A DNA stretch of 27,834 bases from a virus (taxonomy: Duplodnaviria > Caudoviricetes), in IMG/VR virus record IMGVR_UViG_3300017784_007158, positions 1-27,834 of that record. One strand, written 5' to 3'. A model generated the notes under the pieces. The model had not been told where the DNA came from. It saw nothing but the letters and a program-made list of their open reading frames with translations, and did not search any database. Positions 7,485-15,295 of this stretch are shown piece by piece. A program made the translations under genes and the position numbers. How positions within the stretch are numbered: position 1 is the first letter of the stretch; each line of letters opens with the position of its first letter.

Positions 7485-7889
7485 TCACTGACTTCTTTGT
7501 TGTAACATCCTTTGTTGTCCTATCCACCATGTAATCTGAAACCAAAGATCATACTCATATGCTCTTCTTCTTATAAGATAATCTTCTCGTGATTCTCCAT
7601 CTAATTGTCTTGGATTATTTGCTTCTTGCCATTCAATAAACCATCTGTCAAATTCTGGTGTATTTAATGGTGGCACTTCTCCTGGTGGTAGAATTCCAGG
7701 AGGACCAGCTGGAATTTGTGTAGCTGGTCCTCCTGCAACATCACTATTCATAGGATTTTGAGCAGTTATTACACTAGGCGTAGGCGCATTAGCTTCATTA
7801 ATAATTTTAGGAAATCCACCATAATTAATATTATTAGTTCTAATTACTCGACCTTCATTTAAATTATATTTTTTATTATAGTGATTCAT
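7485..7889 (-). CDS. Pro/Trp-rich protein with YGGFP peptide; candidate internal virion protein (134 aa)
   Basis: LNE-GRVIRTNNINYGGFPKIINE-A shared with 6045..6749. Confidence 0.75.
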   Translation of the reverse strand: MNHYNKKYNLNEGRVIRTNNINYGGFPKIINEANAPTPSVITAQNPMNSDVAGGPATQIPAGPPGILPPGEVPPLNTPEFDRWFIEWQEANNPRQLDGESREDYLIRRRAYEYDLWFQITWWIGQQRMLQQRSQ

Positions 7890-7892
7890 TTA

Positions 7893-8285
7893 TTATCTCA
7901 TTCCATGTGATGCTTTTAATTTCATAACTTCTCTTGTATATGCATTTCCTTGAGCAGTATTTAAAGTCTGCCAAGATGCATTTTCTGGTTTTTCAATTTG
8001 TGCAGTAAGAGGATTATCGGTATCTAATTCTATTAGCTTTCTAAGTCTTAATTCTTCTTCTGGTGTATTTGTAAATCCTTGATAATTTTGAGGCTTTAAA
8101 GGATCAACTGCTGGTTGCTGCGGCATACCTTTCATACCTTTCTTACCTTTTTTAGAAGACATACCAGGAGGCATCATACCACCCGGAGGCATTTCCATTT
8201 GTGGCATACCGGGTCCACCCGGAGGACCAACTAATGCCAATTCTTCATTCATAAAAGCTTTAAAAGATAAAATTGATTTTTTCAT
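7893..8285 (-). CDS. Pro/Gly/Met-rich protein with capsid-targeting-like leader (130 aa)
   Basis: MKKSILSFKAFMNE|E; NASWQTLNTA motif resembles VVTWQTMNNA in neighbour 8282..8980. Confidence 0.75.
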   Translation of the reverse strand: MKKSILSFKAFMNEELALVGPPGGPGMPQMEMPPGGMMPPGMSSKKGKKGMKGMPQQPAVDPLKPQNYQGFTNTPEEELRLRKLIELDTDNPLTAQIEKPENASWQTLNTAQGNAYTREVMKLKASHGMR

Positions 8286-8980
8286 GTGTTATTTCCGTTA
8301 GAGCCATTATCATTATAGTTTTTAATTTTATAAACTTGACGAGAAAATTGATCATAATGATAAGTTTCTGTAGGAACATTGGGTGCTGCACGACCAGATA
8401 CTTCATCTGATACATATAGATCATATTTTTGTAATAAAGCTTTTAAATTTTGATTCAGGTGGTTGGCAACAGCATTATTCATTGTTTGCCATGTTACAAC
8501 TTTTGATTCTGGTGTTAAATTAAATTTTTCTTTTACTTTATCTGTATAGGCTCGGCTAACAGAACTATTATCAGTTTTATCTGCGTATTGATTAACAAAT
8601 TGTTGCACTGAAGCTGTTAAATTTGGAGCAACTTCAAATCCCATACCAAAACTTGCTGTATTTATTGATGTTCCGGGAACATTTGCTACAATTACTGCCT
8701 CTGCACCAGTTTGGTTTTCTGCACCAAATGCTAGGAATACATTACCAATACTTTCTTGACCTTTACCTGGCTGTAGTACAGGTGCTGCAGCTTCAAAAAT
8801 ACCATTCAAAGTTTTTTTAACTATTTCTTTTTTATTCTTAATTTTATTGCGTTTAAAAGAATCAAATAGTTGAGATTTAATTTCTTTGTTGATTTTTTTA
8901 ATGCCTAGAGCAGAAGAATTTAGTTTAGAACCAAAAACATTCTGCATATCGTAAACATTACCTTCATTTATTTCTTGCAT
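8282..8980 (-). CDS. Late hypothetical protein (232 aa), first gene of a late operon
   Basis: TATAAATA 5 nt upstream; INE and IFE|A sites; ATGA overlap with next gene. Confidence 0.75.
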   Translation of the reverse strand: MQEINEGNVYDMQNVFGSKLNSSALGIKKINKEIKSQLFDSFKRNKIKNKKEIVKKTLNGIFEAAAPVLQPGKGQESIGNVFLAFGAENQTGAEAVIVANVPGTSINTASFGMGFEVAPNLTASVQQFVNQYADKTDNSSVSRAYTDKVKEKFNLTPESKVVTWQTMNNAVANHLNQNLKALLQKYDLYVSDEVSGRAAPNVPTETYHYDQFSRQVYKIKNYNDNGSNGNNT

Positions 8981-9002
8981 AATACTATTTATATATTATA
9001 GT
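8975..9002 (+). promoter_or_regulatory. Sigma70-type promoter overlapping the divergent late promoter
   Basis: TTGCAT-N16-TATAGT. Confidence 0.5.
8986..8993 (-). promoter_or_regulatory. T4-type late promoter
   Basis: TATAAATA-GTATT-ATG. Confidence 0.8.
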
Positions 9003-9016
9003 CTATGTACATAATC

Positions 9017-9307
9017 ATGGCAAAAATACGCAAAACAGCTCCAGCTAAAAAAAGAAAATCTCCAATTCTTCCACCAGTACCTGTAAAGGTTTATCCAGCT
9101 TTTATTCAATCTTTTATAGATGAAGTTGAAAGTAAAAACAATTTTAAAGTTGTTGTGAATCAATACAATGAAGACGCAGCATATCATGTTGGTGTATGTA
9201 AGCCAGTAAAACACAATAAGTATCATTGTATTTGGATGTCAAATTTTGTAGAAAATGAAGAAATTTTAAAATCATTCTGGTTAAGCGAATCATTTAAAGA
9301 TTCCTAA
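9017..9307 (+). CDS. Hypothetical protein with basic N-terminus (start 9017, alternatively 9005)
   Basis: ORF; start chosen from promoter position. Confidence 0.7.
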   Translation: MAKIRKTAPAKKRKSPILPPVPVKVYPAFIQSFIDEVESKNNFKVVVNQYNEDAAYHVGVCKPVKHNKYHCIWMSNFVENEEILKSFWLSESFKDS

Positions 9308-9310
9308 ATA
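9303..9310 (+). promoter_or_regulatory. T4-type late promoter
   Basis: CCTAAATA 7 nt before ATG 9318, containing upstream TAA. Confidence 0.65.
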
Positions 9311-9317
9311 TGGTAGA

Positions 9318-9746
9318 ATGATTGTAGAATACGATTATAAACCTTATGTTCACCACCTAACACAAACAGGTACATTTTCATATACCCCACCAGGTAATGG
9401 TAATAATAAAGGTTTTATTTATATTGCGGGACTTGATTCTACAACTGGAGTCCCAATATTACCAACAGTAACATGCCTAACACCAGATAAATCAGAAATT
9501 GTTCTTAATATCATGCAATTAAATCAGTTAAGCATCTCTGCAGAAAGTGGTAGTTTTAATGATATGTTTTTACAATTTAAAAGAATGTTTTCAACTGGTA
9601 GCATCTCAACAAATATTTCATTTCTTCCTGATATAACTAGTACTAGTACTGCATCTGGATCATATTTTTTTCCAATTACCTATAGAAAATTAAATTTTAA
9701 TATTACTTCCATAGATCTAAAACCAATTATAATTACATTATACTAA
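9318..9746 (+). CDS. Small beta-rich late protein, paralog 1 (142 aa)
   Basis: NNKGFIYI and FFPITYR motifs parallel the next two genes. Confidence 0.7.
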   Translation: MIVEYDYKPYVHHLTQTGTFSYTPPGNGNNKGFIYIAGLDSTTGVPILPTVTCLTPDKSEIVLNIMQLNQLSISAESGSFNDMFLQFKRMFSTGSISTNISFLPDITSTSTASGSYFFPITYRKLNFNITSIDLKPIIITLY

Positions 9747-9747
9747 T

Positions 9748-10020
9748 ATGAGACTATACAGAAAAGCAAAACCTTTAAGTAATAATACTGCAGCAAGTGT
9801 AGGTAATAAAGGTGTATTCTTAATAAATAATGATTCAAGTACTGCTAATGTATATGTTAATATTTTAAATATTGATAATACAATATCTGGTATGACATTT
9901 GGTTTGGGTATAAAAGCTACAAGTCCAGCTACACAAACAAGACCGCATTATGTTATAGTACCATTTCATGTTAGGTCATTTAGCTCTGCTTCGATTATTT
10001 TGGGATATGAACTTTTTTAA
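9748..10020 (+). CDS. Small beta-rich late protein, paralog 2 (90 aa)
   Basis: MRLYRKAK..GNKGVFLIN..IVPF..GYELF. Confidence 0.75.
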   Translation: MRLYRKAKPLSNNTAASVGNKGVFLINNDSSTANVYVNILNIDNTISGMTFGLGIKATSPATQTRPHYVIVPFHVRSFSSASIILGYELF

Positions 10021-10021
10021 G

Positions 10022-10029
10022 AATAAATA
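10022..10029 (+). promoter_or_regulatory. T4-type late promoter
   Basis: AATAAATA-ATATT-ATG. Confidence 0.7.
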
Positions 10030-10034
10030 ATATT

Positions 10035-10283
10035 ATGAGAACATTTAGAAGAGTAAAAGCGTTTGGATCAAACTTGATTGCTACTGGTGGGCTGTCTAAT
10101 GAAGCCGTATTAGTTGTTAACGGTTTAACTGCTGGATCAATAACTTTTCAAGTTAAAGATCCATCAAAAAATATAATAAGTGCTGGTCCTATTACATTAG
10201 CAATAAGCCAATCTTTAATATTTCCAATGTATACTGCTGGTTATACTGCATCAACACCAGTTCAAGCATACGAATTATTTTAA
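10035..10283 (+). CDS. Small beta-rich late protein, paralog 3 (82 aa)
   Basis: MRTFRRVK..SNEAVLVVN..IFPM..AYELF. Confidence 0.75.
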   Translation: MRTFRRVKAFGSNLIATGGLSNEAVLVVNGLTAGSITFQVKDPSKNIISAGPITLAISQSLIFPMYTAGYTASTPVQAYELF

Positions 10284-10286
10284 ATT

Positions 10287-10493
10287 GTGTCTAAAGACAT
10301 TCGATGTCTCATTACCAACAACCTTCTTAAAAAAGGTGAGTGGTTTTGGCTATCATGGGAAATGGATGCTGCTATCTCAGCACCGGGTCTAGCAGAATTA
10401 GAAATGCGCCGTCATGATCCTGACGACGATTTTGCTAAAATGTTATGGGAAGAATGGGAATGGACTCGAGAAATCGGAAACCCAGATCTTTAA
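10287..10493 (+). CDS. Hypothetical Trp/acid-rich protein (68 aa, GTG start)
   Basis: ORF fills the gap between neighbours exactly. Confidence 0.65.
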   Translation: MSKDIRCLITNNLLKKGEWFWLSWEMDAAISAPGLAELEMRRHDPDDDFAKMLWEEWEWTREIGNPDL

Positions 10494-11368
10494 TTTTTAC
10501 GTAATTGTTTTTGCATTGTATCTAATGTACTTGATGCCCAACTATGTATTTCTTCACCGTGTTTTTCTGGACCATCACGAACAATTTCTAAAATTCTTCC
10601 AACTTTTTCACTAGGAGATTCGGTTCCTCTGAAAATTCCTTTTGGAGCATCTAAACTATTTGGATTTCTAGCAGGAATTTCAGAATCACCTCCAGTGACG
10701 ATACGTCCACGAACAGCTTTTTTACCTTCATTCATTATTCTAGAAATCTTTTGTGATACTGATTCCATCCTGATTGATTTCCAGTTTTGTGTAGGAAGTT
10801 CGTATTTACCTTCATCTTCTGGTTCTTCATCACCCATTACATAATCTGATGCATCCGCTGCAACAGCATTAGCGTCTCCTGCAGGAATACTTAGTCGTGC
10901 AGTTTCTGCTCGTGCTTCTCGTGCAATTGGATAATCTGGATATCTTGGAACAGTTTCTAAATTTGGATCTAAAGTTTGTGGAGTTATATTAGCTTTACCT
11001 AAATTAGCTCCAGTTTCTATACGTTGAACACCACTACCAGCAGCTTGTTTTTCAGCTCTGACTTCTGCAACTCTATCCTGAAATCCATCAAAATCAAAAT
11101 CACTTAGTTCTCCACCACCGGAACTTGCAGTATCAGCTGCTGCTTTAGCAGCGGCTATTCTATTTTCACGCCTCTTTACAGTATCTGCAGCTTCACGAGC
11201 TCTTTTTGCAGCTATTCCTGCTTCACTACGATTAGGTTTATTAGCTTCATTTAATAGTTCACCTTTATATGAACGTTGTTCTGCAAGAATTTCAAATCCA
11301 TTGCGTTGGGCTTGAATACCAGCTTCGTTTAAGGAATGAATCCAACCGTAATAACCTTTATTCTTCAT
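10490..11368 (-). CDS. Late Ala/acid-rich protein with multiple LxE sites; candidate internal virion protein (start moved to ATG 11368)
   Basis: ACTAAATA 5 nt upstream; SLNE|A, ILAE, LLNE|A, IMNE|G. Confidence 0.75.
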   Translation of the reverse strand: MKNKGYYGWIHSLNEAGIQAQRNGFEILAEQRSYKGELLNEANKPNRSEAGIAAKRAREAADTVKRRENRIAAAKAAADTASSGGGELSDFDFDGFQDRVAEVRAEKQAAGSGVQRIETGANLGKANITPQTLDPNLETVPRYPDYPIAREARAETARLSIPAGDANAVAADASDYVMGDEEPEDEGKYELPTQNWKSIRMESVSQKISRIMNEGKKAVRGRIVTGGDSEIPARNPNSLDAPKGIFRGTESPSEKVGRILEIVRDGPEKHGEEIHSWASSTLDTMQKQLRKN

Positions 11369-11373
11369 ATTAT

Positions 11374-11381
11374 TATTTAGT
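11374..11381 (-). promoter_or_regulatory. T4-type late promoter
   Basis: ACTAAATA-ATAAT-ATG. Confidence 0.75.
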
Positions 11382-11408
11382 TGACACAAAAGTTCTATGT
11401 GCTATACT
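11381..11408 (+). promoter_or_regulatory. Sigma70-type promoter with extended -10
   Basis: TTGACA-N16-TATACT with TGn before -10; ATG 6 nt downstream. Confidence 0.8.
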
Positions 11409-11414
11409 TCCTCT

Positions 11415-11549
11415 ATGACTTATGGTTCTCATGGTGCAGGTAAGGGAAGTTCCCCCAGACACGTAAATTTGGAACAATATGGCAAAAATTATGAAGCAAT
11501 TTTTAAGAAGAAGCCAGTAAAGAAAAAGTCTAAAAAATCACCTAAATAA
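11415..11549 (+). CDS. Small basic phage protein, GKGSxPR..NY..IF type (44 aa; not in ORF track)
   Basis: Hand translation MTYGSHGAGKGSSPRHVNLEQYGKNYEAIFKKKPVKKKSKKSPK*. Confidence 0.75.
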   Translation: MTYGSHGAGKGSSPRHVNLEQYGKNYEAIFKKKPVKKKSKKSPK

Positions 11550-11554
11550 CCTAC

Positions 11555-11637
11555 GCAAAAGTACTCAAGCGGTCAACGAGGGCAGACTGTAAATCTGCTG
11601 ATTAATTTCTACGAAGGTTCGAATCCCTCCTTTTGCA
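11555..11637 (+). tRNA. trnY: tRNA-Tyr(GTA)
   Basis: Acceptor GCAAAAG/CTTTTGC, anticodon arm GCAGA-CTGTAAA-TCTGC, long variable region, T loop TTCGAAT (one A-C mismatch in T stem); no CCA. Confidence 0.92.
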
Positions 11638-11645
11638 TTTATTAT

Positions 11646-11673
11646 TTGACTTCTCCTTTTATATGTGTACAAT
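11646..11673 (+). promoter_or_regulatory. Sigma70-type promoter
   Basis: TTGACT-N16-TACAAT; ATG 11680 is 6 nt downstream. Confidence 0.75.
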
Positions 11674-11679
11674 ATGACT

Positions 11680-12081
11680 ATGGAAACACCCTCAGATTCA
11701 CCTAAAAAAGTTAAGCTTTCTATGAAAGATATTGTTTTAGATCCAATTAAAAAAAAATCATATCATATTTCAGAGTCTATATTAAAACAGATGGATGAAA
11801 CCAAGCGAGTTAAAAAAATGTATAAATCCCCTAAACATTATGAATATGATCCACATCTAAATGGTTTACAGGAACCTGGGTCAAACCAAGTTGCTATCAA
11901 TCAAGCACTCAATGATAGAATGAAAGCATTAGAGGCTCAAAATCTTGCTCTAGAAAGTAGACTTAAAAGACTTGAAGCAGTTTTAAGTTCTAAACACTTT
12001 CTTGACTTTACTAGTAAGTTAGAAGAAATGACTGACAAATTAGATGATCTTCAATCTAAAATCGATTTACTTGACGAATAA
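11680..12081 (+). CDS. Hypothetical protein with C-terminal coiled coil (start moved to ATG 11680)
   Basis: Heptad pattern LNDRMKALEAQNLALESRLKRLE. Confidence 0.75.
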   Translation: METPSDSPKKVKLSMKDIVLDPIKKKSYHISESILKQMDETKRVKKMYKSPKHYEYDPHLNGLQEPGSNQVAINQALNDRMKALEAQNLALESRLKRLEAVLSSKHFLDFTSKLEEMTDKLDDLQSKIDLLDE

Positions 12082-12101
12082 ATAAACAGGAGTATATTAT
12101 T

Positions 12102-12275
12102 ATGCCTAACTCAAAACAACGTACTACTAAACGTGCTCATAGAAAGCGTGAAGAACGCATGAAGCGCAATCGTATTCAGAGCCTTATGAAGGCTCGTGTT
12201 GGTACACTTCGCAGTCTTGACGCGAGTGGACAACTTCCTGTATGTGTCAAGGAAAAGAGACTGCCTAATGGCTAA
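12102..12275 (+). CDS. Small very basic protein (57 aa; not in ORF track)
   Basis: AGGAG SD at 12088-12092; MPNSKQRTTKRAHRKREERMKRNRIQSLMKARVGTLRSLDASGQLPVCVKEKRLPNG*. Confidence 0.75.
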   Translation: MPNSKQRTTKRAHRKREERMKRNRIQSLMKARVGTLRSLDASGQLPVCVKEKRLPNG

Positions 12276-12564
12276 AACTGCCACAATGATGTCGTTTGAT
12301 GAACTTCGAAAGAAGTATGATCATATTGATTGTTTTTTCACATATTATAATGGAGAGAAATCTTCCTTTGATTTTTATGGAACTGATGCAAATGGAACTG
12401 AGGTTCGTATTTCTATTGGTGGATGTCCTGCATGGATCAAGACCATTGAGTTTGGTCCCAAGGATCCCCTAAATATTAGTGATTCAATTGAACGCCATGT
12501 TCGATTTGTCTCTGTAACAGATAACCGTGGTAAGCAAGTTTACGAACAATTTTTTGATGTCTAA
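12268..12564 (+). CDS. Hypothetical protein (start moved to ATG 12268)
   Basis: Start overlaps end of the small basic ORF. Confidence 0.7.
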   Translation: MAKTATMMSFDELRKKYDHIDCFFTYYNGEKSSFDFYGTDANGTEVRISIGGCPAWIKTIEFGPKDPLNISDSIERHVRFVSVTDNRGKQVYEQFFDV

Positions 12565-12573
12565 AGGAAACTA

Positions 12574-13008
12574 ATGGGAAATTCAGATTATAACGATTTT
12601 AGAAATTGGCAAAATGGTGACGATAGCGAAGAGAATAATCCACATAATGGATTCTTCTTCTTTGGTAATAGTAGCCCAGAGTTTAAGAAGATGTGGGATC
12701 AAATGCGTAATGGTGAGAACCCTGCAGATAGTCTTCGTGACTACCTTAACATGGATGATATTTTAGATCAATGGAGTAAAGAAAATAAAAAGAAACCATT
12801 TAATCCAAACAACCCACCAAAGCATTCTCGTAGACCTATTAAGCATAAACCTAAGACTACTCCATTTAGTCAAGAAGAGTATTTTAAACTTATTGAGATT
12901 CGTGGATATCTTGCTATTCAAGAACAATTTGCACATGTCAAGGCACTAGATAAGTTACTTAGTCAAATTATTATTAAGCCAATTGATAATTCAGGAGAAT
13001 TCCAATGA
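12574..13008 (+). CDS. Hypothetical protein (144 aa)
   Basis: AAGGA SD; ATGA overlap with next gene. Confidence 0.75.
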   Translation: MGNSDYNDFRNWQNGDDSEENNPHNGFFFFGNSSPEFKKMWDQMRNGENPADSLRDYLNMDDILDQWSKENKKKPFNPNNPPKHSRRPIKHKPKTTPFSQEEYFKLIEIRGYLAIQEQFAHVKALDKLLSQIIIKPIDNSGEFQ

Positions 13009-13217
13009 CATATATTGCAGGTGAAGCATACCAAAAGGGATATTCAGCACGTATGGGTGGTGCAGAGAAGGCATCTAATGTTTATGAGTCTACCAGTGTA
13101 TATTGGCAAGAATGGGCTACTGGTTGGGATGATGCTCACACTAAGATAATTAGTGAAGCCAGAGAAAATACTGGCTGTTCAAAGCCTAAGTGTTGTAAGA
13201 CGTTTATTCAGGAATAA
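13005..13217 (+). CDS. Rmf/CrpP-fold small protein (ribosome modulation factor-like)
   Basis: AYQKGYSARMGG..NVY..W..GWDDA parallels Rmf A.QRGY.AG..G..CPY..W..GW.EA; GGAG SD. Confidence 0.65.
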   Translation: MTYIAGEAYQKGYSARMGGAEKASNVYESTSVYWQEWATGWDDAHTKIISEARENTGCSKPKCCKTFIQE

Positions 13218-13243
13218 AAAAATCCCCCGAAAGGGGGATTTTT
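13218..13243. terminator. Bidirectional intrinsic terminator
   Basis: AAAAATCCCCC-GAAA-GGGGGATTTTT between convergent genes. Confidence 0.9.
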
Positions 13244-14879
13244 ATAGATGTACACTTGTTAGTTTTTTAAGATATTCGAGATCTTTAGGATCTACATATG
13301 CTAATGCAGTATCATGAGCAGCTTGATCTAATGTAAAAATATCTGAAGAATCTGTAGGAATTTTAACATCCATTCTAAAATTTGGCTGATGCCTTCCATA
13401 ATCTCTTCCTAAATTTCTTGGACCTTGCCCCCATTTAAACCCAAATTTAGGTTTTTGTTTTTCTGGTAAAGTATAATGAAAACGTCCTGTTTCAGGATGT
13501 TCTATAACCATTGATCTTGTAGATTTGTCTTCAGTGGCTTTTTTTATTCTTTCCATTTCTTCTTGATCTAATGTAGAAGTTACAACGCTTGTAAATTGAT
13601 CTTGTCTTTTTTGAGATTGTTCTGGTTGTATTCTTGGTTTTGGATATACAAATCTTTGTGTTGATCCTGGTGTGGTTTCTCCCCATGCACTTAATGCATC
13701 TTTATTTTTTTCATAAAAATCCTCAATCTCATCTGCTGAAAAAGTTTTTGATATTGAACCTTTAGTCGTTTTAAACTCAAGTGGGTTTATTGAAACTTCT
13801 GAACCAGAAATATTTGGACGTATAATATCTCCAACTTTTGTTTTTGTATCATTTCCACTTGGGCTACTTCTGAGTTGTTGGAATGTTGCATCCATATATT
13901 GTCCAATATGTGGAGTATCTTTCATAGCATGATAATCTGCTATATGAAAAAGTAATCTAGCAGCATATTCTGATGCATGTGATGGTCTTGTAGCGTTTCT
14001 ATGTAAGCCTATTAATGTTTGAAGATTAGTTTTAAATTCTTCAGCATGACTTACTGCTGGTCTTGGGTGAATATAACCTTTTTTATTTTTCTTACTTTCC
14101 TCTTGATCTGTTAAGGTTGCAATAGCAGGATCTCCTAATTTATCATCTGCATCATTGTAGGTATTTATAGTAGAATTTTCATTTAAGATATTTAAAAATC
14201 CTAAATCATATTCTTCAATAAAACTTTTAGCAGGATATGAAAGCCAATGAATATCTTTATTAGATCTTATAGCCATCTTACCTGAAGGATTTCTTTGTTG
14301 AAATCTCTTAAGATATCTTTTTGTTTCACTATCTGGAATATGCTTCCAGGCTTTAGCATTTTTAAAATTCTTAAATTCAACATCATCAACATCAAACATT
14401 TCTACTGGCATACGAGTAAACATAGGTATATCTAATGGTTTTTCATATCCCATCACTGCACCAGAATTCTGTACAACTTGTGGAGTACCAAGAGTACCTG
14501 GAGCACCACCACCAGAAATCATACCAACACCCATATCTTCATTGATTAATAAACCAGATTCAAGATATCCTTCAATAAAGAATAAAAATTCACTAGAATT
14601 TAATCCAAATGATTCTGCTTCCTCATTAAACATTTGAAAAGTAGATACGTAACTAGCTAAACGAGCTTTAGTATAGCTCATAGGAAGTTGATCAAAAATC
14701 TTCTTCAATTTAATTATAAAGTATTCGTAAGGATCTATGCTACTTTCAGGTTTAAGTAGATTGCCATTTGCATCAATTACTCCAGATGAAAAAGCTGCTA
14801 GACTCGTATAAGGAGCCGTAACAGTTTCAGAAAATTTGGATAATGAGAATGATGGTATGTAAGCTGATGAAGAGTGCAT
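13242..14879 (-). CDS. Modular late protein (545 aa); N-terminal domain of a T4-like myovirus conserved hypothetical family
   Basis: ACTAAATA 7 nt upstream; GVIDANGNLLK..IIKLKKI motif; modules separated by LINE, FIEE, ILNE. Confidence 0.75.
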   Translation of the reverse strand: MHSSSAYIPSFSLSKFSETVTAPYTSLAAFSSGVIDANGNLLKPESSIDPYEYFIIKLKKIFDQLPMSYTKARLASYVSTFQMFNEEAESFGLNSSEFLFFIEGYLESGLLINEDMGVGMISGGGAPGTLGTPQVVQNSGAVMGYEKPLDIPMFTRMPVEMFDVDDVEFKNFKNAKAWKHIPDSETKRYLKRFQQRNPSGKMAIRSNKDIHWLSYPAKSFIEEYDLGFLNILNENSTINTYNDADDKLGDPAIATLTDQEESKKNKKGYIHPRPAVSHAEEFKTNLQTLIGLHRNATRPSHASEYAARLLFHIADYHAMKDTPHIGQYMDATFQQLRSSPSGNDTKTKVGDIIRPNISGSEVSINPLEFKTTKGSISKTFSADEIEDFYEKNKDALSAWGETTPGSTQRFVYPKPRIQPEQSQKRQDQFTSVVTSTLDQEEMERIKKATEDKSTRSMVIEHPETGRFHYTLPEKQKPKFGFKWGQGPRNLGRDYGRHQPNFRMDVKIPTDSSDIFTLDQAAHDTALAYVDPKDLEYLKKLTSVHL

Positions 14880-14886
14880 ATACTAA

Positions 14887-14894
14887 TATTTAGT
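14887..14894 (-). promoter_or_regulatory. T4-type late promoter overlapping upstream stop
   Basis: ACTAAATA-TTAGTAT-ATG. Confidence 0.7.
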
Positions 14895-15288
14895 TTTCAG
14901 CTTGTAACAATTTTCTGTCAACTCTAGGATCGGTATTAATTTTATTGTAATTAACTTCTGGAATAGACACAGCACCAAATTCTAAAAATACAAGAAAAGA
15001 TTTCAAATATGAATGCAATCTTGGTTCTAATTTATAAAACAAAATTCGAATACAATTCTCTTCACCAAATACATTTTTTAAAATAATAATATGGTTCATT
15101 ATAAGACGTTCTCTTATAGATTTTAAAGTCTTATGCTTATGAATCTTTTGTAATAATCTTTTGACGTACTTAATACGCTTTAAATCATCAATAAATTCAT
15201 TTTTTCCAGAACATTCTGGATTAAAATAAGTCTTTTGACAGAAGTCTAAAAAGTCTTCTTCATTCAAAAAGCTTGTTTTTGGATTCAT
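14890..15288 (-). CDS. Conserved hypothetical protein of T4-like aquatic myoviruses (start moved to ATG 15288)
   Basis: YFNPEC..EFIDDLKRIKYVKRLL..ERLIMNHIIILKNVFG..LKSFL pattern recalled from cyanophage-like genomes. Confidence 0.8.
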   Translation of the reverse strand: MNPKTSFLNEEDFLDFCQKTYFNPECSGKNEFIDDLKRIKYVKRLLQKIHKHKTLKSIRERLIMNHIIILKNVFGEENCIRILFYKLEPRLHSYLKSFLVFLEFGAVSIPEVNYNKINTDPRVDRKLLQAEN

Positions 15289-15295
15289 TGTTAGG

